From Okamejei kenojei (lineage: Eukaryota): a stretch of 64,000 nt of DNA. The stretch is taken from positions 35,650,001-35,714,000 of the forward strand of contig CM069132.1 in the NCBI GenBank assembly GCA_035221665.1. Reading direction: 5' to 3'. Positions 37,601 to 46,600 of the stretch are shown piece after piece (the stretch's first letter is position 1; the number at the start of each line of letters is the position of its first letter). The notes beneath the pieces were generated by a model. That model had not been told where the DNA came from. It was given only the letters and a program-made list of their open reading frames with translations, and made no database searches. The translations under genes were made by a program, and so were the position numbers.

Positions 37601-40600
37601 TGTATGATCTGATGAATGGTAGATTGCCATTCATCTACCAGTAACTGCAATTATTAATTGATGTTTGTTATCTGTGAATTAATTATTTGTTATTTGCTGG
37701 GCATTCCTGGAGTAAACCCTACAATGGTTAAAAAAAAACGCGACTTATCTTTTGGAATTATGATATCCATGGAGACATCAATAAGATGCATCCCACTAAG
37801 GTTTGCACAATAACAGGGCAAACAGTGTGTTTTCTAAAATAGAATGCAACACCTGACTTATCCACCTGTGTTGTTCCTTATTCTAAATTTACAAAATATT
37901 GTTTTGAAAAACATGGTAAATTGTACGTTGCTTCCAAATTTTCCATCAGTGAGGGAATAATAGAAAATATATCAGTAAGCATCAGAAATTGTAATCAAGT
38001 GCATAAATGTATATTATTAATTCATTTATCTTTGTAGGGTCCCCAAGGTTCACAAGGAGCTGTTGGTCCAGCTGGTAATTCAGGCCCACAAGGTGCAAGA
38101 GGTGACTCAGGTCCACAAGGCCGCTCAGGTCCAACAGGTCCTCCAGGTGCAGTTGGTTACCAAGGAGAAAAGGGTGCATCTGGTGAAACAGGAAATGCTG
38201 TAAGCAACGTTAAACTTGTATCAAAGATTATTTTTACTAGGAATGCAACACCTGACTTATCCACGTGTTGATCTTTCTGTACAGGGAGTTGCTGGTCCTC
38301 CTGGTCCTCATGGTTTAATTGGTCATGTTGGCACACTCGGTCTCCCAGGAGCGAGAGGTGAATCGGGTCTCCCAGGTGTCACTGGTCCAATTGTAGGTAT
38401 AAAGTTTTTATCAACCAGTGAATAATACAATGATTGGTACCATGATATGTTCATATTCTTCAAGGCTCTGTTTGGAACAAATACTACATAAAATGTTATC
38501 ACCTTAAAGTACAATATTCAAAATTATTGCATGCTTTACATTCAATTTGAATTTTATTTCATCCTTTGTTATTCAAAGCTAGGTGAAATAAATGAAAAGC
38601 TGCTGAAATATTAGGGGTTTAAAAGCCTGTAGATTGTGTTTGAGGGGAAATATTTGAAGAAGATTTATCACTGTGCTCAAGACAATTAATTTAATTTAAT
38701 TAATTTTAAAGGAAGGGCATAGAACATGGTGAACTCCTGACAGGTTAGCCTGACATAAGTTTCAGGTAAATATTGGAATCCATTATTAAAGACCTAAAAT
38801 ATTTTATTATGATCAAGCAGATTTAACATTGCTAAGGAAAGAAAAATGTGTTTGATGAATCTAAATTAGAGGATGTTTCTATTCAGGGTGGATAAGGGAG
38901 ATCAATTGATTTTTAATAGGCTCTTATAAGGTGATAGACAATATATTATTACATAATCCAAGGACAAAGTGCGGCTATCTACCATAGCTGAAAGTTTGGT
39001 TAAAAAATAGTAAACAGAAACTAAACTATCTATTTTTGTTGGTAAACTGATATTTATGGAGTAGCAGAGCAATCAGTGCTGAGCTTTCAGCTACTTACAA
39101 ATCAAATAAAAAGACCAAACTTTATGCATCTGAGTTTACTGATAATATTGGTATTGGTTTATTATTGCCACATGTACTGAGATGGTGAAAAACGTTGCAT
39201 TGCATGCTGTCCAGCAAAATCATACCATACATGAATACAATCAAACCGTGTACAACTACAATGGTTAGTGCAAAAAGAGAAAGGAAACAGAACAGAAAAA
39301 TGTAGGTGTAAATAAAAGTACAAGGGCCTCGACAAGTTAAATTGGGAGATTGGGGCTACATCCTTAGAATGGAGAGATAAGCATCAGGTGCAGGCAAATG
39401 AGATTAGTTTATCTTGGCATCATGTTTGGCATGGACATTGTGGGCTGAAGGGCCTGTACCTGTGCTGTACTGTTCCATTTAATGAGAGGCCAGTTACAAT
39501 GCTAAATACAAAGCTAAATCAGAAATGAACAATGAGGGAATGCAAAATCTGCAGTAAATAAGTTATGTACGTGGTCAGAGTGAGTATAATGTGGGGAAAT
39601 AAGATGTTATTCATTTTGCTAGGAGGAATAGTCAAATCCTTTTTTTGCAGATGGCAAGAAGCTAATTGACATGATGGAAACAATTAGGAATGCAAACAGC
39701 AAATTGATCTTTATTTAAAAGGGATTACATTAGAAGTGGAAGAAAAGCTTGTTGCTATCCTACATGCGGTATCGGTGATAACATATCAGTTTCTGAACCG
39801 CAGAATAATGATTTGAACTAACCTTTATAGATGGATTCTAGGATGAGGGAGCTCTGTGAAGTGAAATGAATGCACTAGATCGATACTCATTCACGTTTAA
39901 AAGTTTAAAGATGATCTTGTTGAAGCAAAGTTCTCCCAGGAATTGAAGAGAAAGTGCAGGCAGCATTTTCCTTCAGTCAGAGAGTCTGAACCTCGGTACA
40001 TAATCTCATGATAAGCAGCCAAGCAATAAGAACTGAGCTGAGGAAATCTTTCTTTCCCCTGAGATTGTAACCTATTGGAATTATCATTGCAAAAAATTCA
40101 CTTTTTGGGCATTATTGTAAGTTGAGACTACTAAATTGTTAGACAAGGGTATCGAGGGATGTATGGATTACCCAGGAATATAGACCTGAGCCATGAATGT
40201 ATTGGTCAGTAATAATGTCAGGATCTGGTATTTAGAAACTTCCCACTTCGGGTAACATTTGAAGTTATACAGTACTCTGTAATTTAGAAATACTGGGGAT
40301 TTTGAGTTCAATAGTATTTTTCACCAGGAAAGAATATTTTGCAGCTTTTAATATAATAAAGAGTGTGGTGATATAATGGTTAAGCTAAGAGGCTTGAATG
40401 TTGATCAAGATACATATCTTTGATCCCAGCGAGCCAGCTGAGAACTTAAATCGAAATCATAGAATTAATCTGCAAATCATGGATTAATCTGTCAATCATG
40501 GACAAAGGTTTTTTACAATGGAAAACCTATGGAATTAATAAGATGGGCGATCTCTATAGGGAAAACTCCTTCATGTCATTTCAAGAAATCAAACAAATTT

Positions 40601-43600
40601 ATGGATTACATTCAAAAGATTACTTTAAATATTTACAAATTAGAGTATGTAAAAGCAAACACACAAGAAATCAGAAATAGAAAGACAGAAATTTTAGATG
40701 AACACCCGTACACAGAAAAATTGATATCATATATTTATAACATTTTATTGGAAAACAATGTTCCAATGACAGAAATATATAGACAATCATGGGAAAACGA
40801 ATTAGGTCAATTAATCGGACTAGAAGTATGGGATGAAAGTTTACAACATATACACCATTGTTCATTAAATGCTAGACACTCTCTTATACAATTTAAAATA
40901 TTACATAGATTACATTATTCAAAATCCAAATTACATCGTTTTTTTTCAAAAGTATCTGCCATATGTGATAAATGTCAGCACTTAGAAGCTAATTTAACAC
41001 ATTCATTTACAAATTGTATAAAAATTACTAAATTTTGGACAGAAATATTTAAGATAATTTCGAATGTTGTTAATATGAATCTGATCCCTGACTCAAAATT
41101 AATAATATTGGGAATATTAGAAACAGATCAATTAATAACAATTAATCAAATAATTTTTTATTGATTACATTTTAATAATTGGGAAAAAATTAATATTGAA
41201 ATTCTGGAAAGGTCCTACATCCCCCCTAACCAAAATGTCGATTACAGGAATGTCGGAGACACTTCATCTGGAAAGATTAAGGCTTGTCCTACTGGACAAG
41301 TTGGATCTTTTCAGAGGGATATGGTCTCCATTTATTGAATATTTAAAGGGTCAAAATGGCTCGGTGCGAGAACCTGACTGAAGCCTGAATAATGGAATAG
41401 ATGAAGAATCATATATAACAAATCATGGATATATCTCCAATGATGGATAACCTGTTTAATACTACACTCATTTCTTTTTTTGATTTTCTACTTTTACTTT
41501 ATTTTTCTCTATCTTTTCCTATCTGCAATTTAAAAAAAGTATAGAAATACAAATAAGACATTGTTAATATTAATAATATTATGAGTGTATGTGAGAAGTA
41601 TATTCTATTAATATGTACTTGCGTCTAATAAAAATATTTAACAAAAAAAAATCTGCAAATAAAAAAGTAATCTTTGTAACAAGGAGCAGGAAACTAGCAG
41701 ATAATCATTAACAGTTGATCTGGTTTACCAGTGCTCTTCGGGGAAGGAAATGCGCTATCTTTACATTCAGGGCTTGCAAGTGACCCCAGTCTAGGAGCAA
41801 TTAGACATGGACAACAAATGACAGTGTTTATATCAATGTCCACGTCCCATGGATGGGAAAATGAAAAAAATAAACATAATTTCAAGAAATAACAGTTGTT
41901 ACGTTTCACAGAGAAGCTACTGGTCATCCACCATTACTCTACTGGCAAAGTACTGAGAAGTCCATGGAGAAGTGCCATAGGCATCTGTTTAAAGCAGCAG
42001 ATGGCATTTCACTGTTTTGTCAGTCCCTTTCTATTATAACCTCTGCAGAATTCTCGTGGAACCCTGCTTTGGTTGGTGCTGGAATATGCCCTATAATTTG
42101 AAATTGTTGGTGTGCCTGTCAGATAAATACTTCCCCAGGTCATGCCTCGGTGATTTAACCTGAAGTCTTTGTTATTTGTTTCCAGGGTATGCCTGGTGCA
42201 ACGGGTCCTGCAGGTCCTTCTGGTCCACGGGGTTCGGGTGGTGCCGCTGGTGCTCCTGGTATGCTTGGTCGACATGGTGAATCTGGCCGCGATGTAAGTG
42301 CACAACTATCTCACTATAGCCAACACTGGAACTGCATAACCGTATATCTCAGAACGGCAGATCATATTCTGCACATCGTACATGCAACCTTTTCTTTTTC
42401 CTTCTTGTTTTTCAGGGAAACCCTGGTACCGATGGTGCTCCTGGCCGCTCTGGATTCCCTGGGCCCAAGGTACGTACAGTCCTAATGGCTACACTCAGAA
42501 AGCTACTGTTCCTTGAACTAACGCCTACACCTAACGCTGTAGCAGTTTAAATGAATTATTTTTCTTTAGTAGACACAAAATGCCGGAGTAACTCTTTTAT
42601 TTTTGTTATGCAGGGCGAGCGTGGAGAAGGTGGCAGGGTCGGTGCTCCTGGTGCAGTTGGACAACCCGGTGCTCACGGCCAAGCAGGTCCAGTGGGCAAG
42701 ACTGGCAACCGTGGTGAGGCTGTACGTTTGCACTTTCAGTTCTTAAAGGAAGGGCCTGTTTATGAATTTCATTATATGACTTGTACGGGAAAGTAAATCT
42801 CTCTCTTCTTTTGTGCCAGGGTGTTGCTGGTTCGGTTGGCCATGTAGGTCCAATGGGTCAAAGAGGTCTTGCTGTGAGTACATCTTCACATAGCTCAAGT
42901 AATGTTCATGTTTACACATTATTAGGCTGACTTGGGTTTCAGCATCTCTCCTCGTATTCCTGGGATCAGCCACTCCACTAGGATGGCAGAATTATCAGCC
43001 TCCACCACCAGAATTACAGATCCCACCCTGAGAGGCAGAACATATTTACATCTAGATTAAGGTGTAGGGTCACCAAAGCCTTGGTGCTGATATAAGCATA
43101 AGTATTAGTAGCTCTCCCTCCCACCTATATGGGCGGTCATGTGATAGGAGTAGAATTAGGCTAATCGGCCCATCAAGTCTACTCCACCATTCGATCATGG
43201 CTGATCGATCTCTCCCGCCTAACCTCATTCTCCTGCCTTGTCCCTTAACCTTTGCCATCTGGATTAATCAAGAATCTATCTCTGCCTTAAAAAAAATATC
43301 CACTGACGTGCTCCACAGCCTTCTGTGGCAAAGAGATGAAGCTGGTACAGATGCAGCCTTATAGTGCCAGTGCCCCAGCTTTGATCCTGACCTCGGGTGA
43401 TGTCCGTGTGGTTTTCATGTTCTCCCTGTGACTGTGGATTTCCTCGAGGTGCTCCGGTTACCTCCCACAAAATCTCCAAATAAGTGTGGTTTTGCAGGTT
43501 CATTGGCCTCGATAAATTGCTCGAGATGTGTAGAAAGTGGATGGGAAAGTGGGATAATATAGAACTATTGTGAATGAGTGACTAAGCCCAGCGTGGACTC

Positions 43601-46600
43601 AGGATGCATCTTTAAATCAATCACAGCCAAACACCGTGTTACTGCCTCTCCCCCCTCGATCTCCCTTAGACCCAAGGGCTTAAGGTAGAAAAGCTCCAGG
43701 CAACGAAATGCCGGTAGGGAAGTATTGTTTCAATTGTCGTCACATGGGTCAATGCCTCATACCCTTTCTATCTAATCTTCTCCAATAGCAGCTTGAAAGC
43801 TTCGTCAGAGGTTGCAGGCCTATCTGGTTTGCTAATAAATTAGTAGTCCTTTATAATTTTATTTGTCCCTTGTTCACATGTTACCATCAATTAAAAGTGT
43901 TTATTCCACACTTTGTAGGGTCCACAAGGTCCACGAGGAGAAAAGGGTGAACATGGTGACCCAGGTTCCAGAGGCTTGAAAGGATTGAGGGGACCCGGGG
44001 GTCTGCAAGGTCTTCCTGGTGTTTCTGTAAGTAGTTGTGTTGATACTTGATCCTTCTCCCTCCCCCTTGCAACCTTTCTTCCATTGTTTGTTTTATAACA
44101 AGTGTTTCTCATTGATTTCCTTACCTTGACAGGGTATTTCTGGTGAACCTGGTAGTCATGGTGCTGCTGGACCAAGCGGCCCAAGAGTACGTAAAGAACC
44201 TTTGTTTCATAATTCAAATGATCAGTTGTTTGAAGAAATACACCAGTTGAAAAATAATCTCCTGTACGCATTGCTTCCAGGGTCCCTCTGGTCCTGCTGG
44301 TCCTCCTGGAAAAGATGGTTCCTATGGACACGTTGGTACCATAGGTCCTGTTGGTCACCGAGGTCGCAACGGTGACATGGGTCCCCAAGTAAGTTGACGT
44401 TTAGAACCTGGACAATTTTTTTTCATTATTTTTATATGCTGGAGAGTACTTTCATAAATTCAAGATACACCGCAGTGATTTAGAGCTGAAAAACTACTTA
44501 TAACGTGCAGTCACTTTGTATTATAAAGGTAGGAACCAGCTTGTTTGCAGATAGCGATTTTCCACATACAGTGTGTCAATTTAGTACTTGCTATATTATC
44601 TGAATTCAGTGATACTGGTTGAGGAGAAACTGTTGGCAGGTTAATTATTTTGCTTTTATTCAAAATTATATTATGGGATCTGTTGCGCCCAAGCAACAGC
44701 CGAGATGGATCCAAACATCAGCACCTTCAGCAGTGCAGCTGTACTGCACATGAGATATTTGTGCTCAAGTATCTGGAATGGGATGTGCACGGAGCTGTGA
44801 CTGACTCCACCAGAATGCTGCACTGGTCCAGTGATTCTGAGGCAATGAACCTGAGGCCTCTCCTATGATACCTATATGCGTACTGAAGGGCATGACTGGC
44901 AACAGGGTGCTTTCGCTTACAGTTATTATTAAACTCCTGCCCAGGCGCACAGTTGAAGAATGATCACATAGTCCATGAGGCACAAATCCCTTCCTCAGTT
45001 CAGTTATCAGTTTAGTTTATTATCACGTGTACCGAGGTACAGTGAAAAGCTTTTGTTGCATGCTATCCAGACAGCAGAAAGTCAATACATGATTACAATC
45101 AATGTATTTACAGTGTTTAGATACATGATCAGGGAATAACGTTCAGTGCAAGGTAAAGCCAGCCAAGTCTGATCAAGGATAGCCCGAGGGTCATCAAAGA
45201 GGTAGATAGTAGTTCAGCACTGCTCTCTGGTTGTGGTAGAGTGATTCAGTTGCCTGATATTAGCTGAACGTCACTTTGACCATTGTAGAAAAAGAAGGAA
45301 GTTCAAAAGTGAAACGAAATCTAAACAATTTGATCAGATAATAAACTACAATTAGAATAGAAACCATGATGTTTACTGGTTGTTTTAAAAAAAATCAGTA
45401 ATGGTCTTTTAAATGGTGAAGTGGGCTTCAGGAGCTAGGTACTCCTCCTACTAATTTGTTTCAAATATGGTCTTCAAAAACCTGAACTTAACACCTCAAC
45501 ATATGCTTTCCTTAGCCAACCTGGTTCAACACACAAAAGAGATCAAATGGTTTGGGATGAGAGTGGTAATATCGAATTGAGTGTAAAGAATCAGCCATGA
45601 TCATACTGAATGGCAGAGCAGGCTCAAAGGATTGAAGGTCCTGCTCCGGCACCTATGTGTCTATGCACATAAGTTCTGAGATGAAGCAGGTTGGCTAAGC
45701 TTTCATCAGCCTTGTGCAGACGATTAATCTCCCTGCTTCAGTTACTTGGTCACTCAGATAGCCATCTTTGATAAAAACCTGTTGCGAATTAGATATGCAA
45801 TTAACAAGAATTTCAGTGAGTCTCACACTTTCTTTTCCTAGACAGTTAGCAATGAAGTTAGCATAATTTCCCTGCAGAATAAAATCACGTAAGATCTCTG
45901 AGGAGGAATCAGACAATGGTGTGCAAGTGATGGTCGCATAATGGGAGGCAACTGAAAATAGACATAACCTTTGAACCATGCCATTTCTTAGGGTCCTCCA
46001 GGTGCTCCTGGCATCCCTGGCTTCCCAGGCGCTGCCGGCGGTCACTATGAAGTGAACTACCATCATGATGAATACCGAGCTGATCAACCAGCTGCAAAAG
46101 AGAAGGATCTTGAAGTCGATGCCAAACTGAAAGTTTTGACCAGAGAGATTGAGAACATCCGCAGCCCCGAAGGCTCAAAGAAGAACCCTGCTCGTTCATG
46201 CCGCGACCTGAGACTCAGCCATCCCGAATGGATGTCAGGTATGTTCATACAGAAAATCATCTCATTGGGCAGCATAGTGGCATAGCAGTAGAATTGCTGC
46301 CTCACAGAGACCCGTGTTTGATCCTGATCACGGGTGCTGTTTGTTTGGAGTTTGTACGTTCTGCCTGTGACCTGCGGGGTTTACTCCATTGCTCCGGTTT
46401 CCATCCGTATCCCAAAGACGTACAGGTTTGTAGGTTAATTGGCTTCTGTAAATTGCCCCTAGTGTGTAGGATGAGAAACTTGATTAAAACGCTCGATGTT
46501 CGTTGGGAACTCAGTAGGCTGAATGCCTGTATCCACACTATAACTCTAAAATACATTTTTTTTTTTTAATTAGCAGCTTTCAAATTCAAAAATCACTGCT

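Noticed and set aside
43891-44388. Long minus-strand ORFs overlapping collagen exons (also 42009-42305, 45695-46199)
   Set aside because: These are antisense shadows of repetitive Gly-X-Y codons.
8729-44388. Calling the gene COL1A1, COL2A1 or COL3A1
   Set aside because: There is no vWC exon or C-telopeptide Lys, Cys2 is replaced by Ser, and the chain ends CFK; these features point to alpha2(I).
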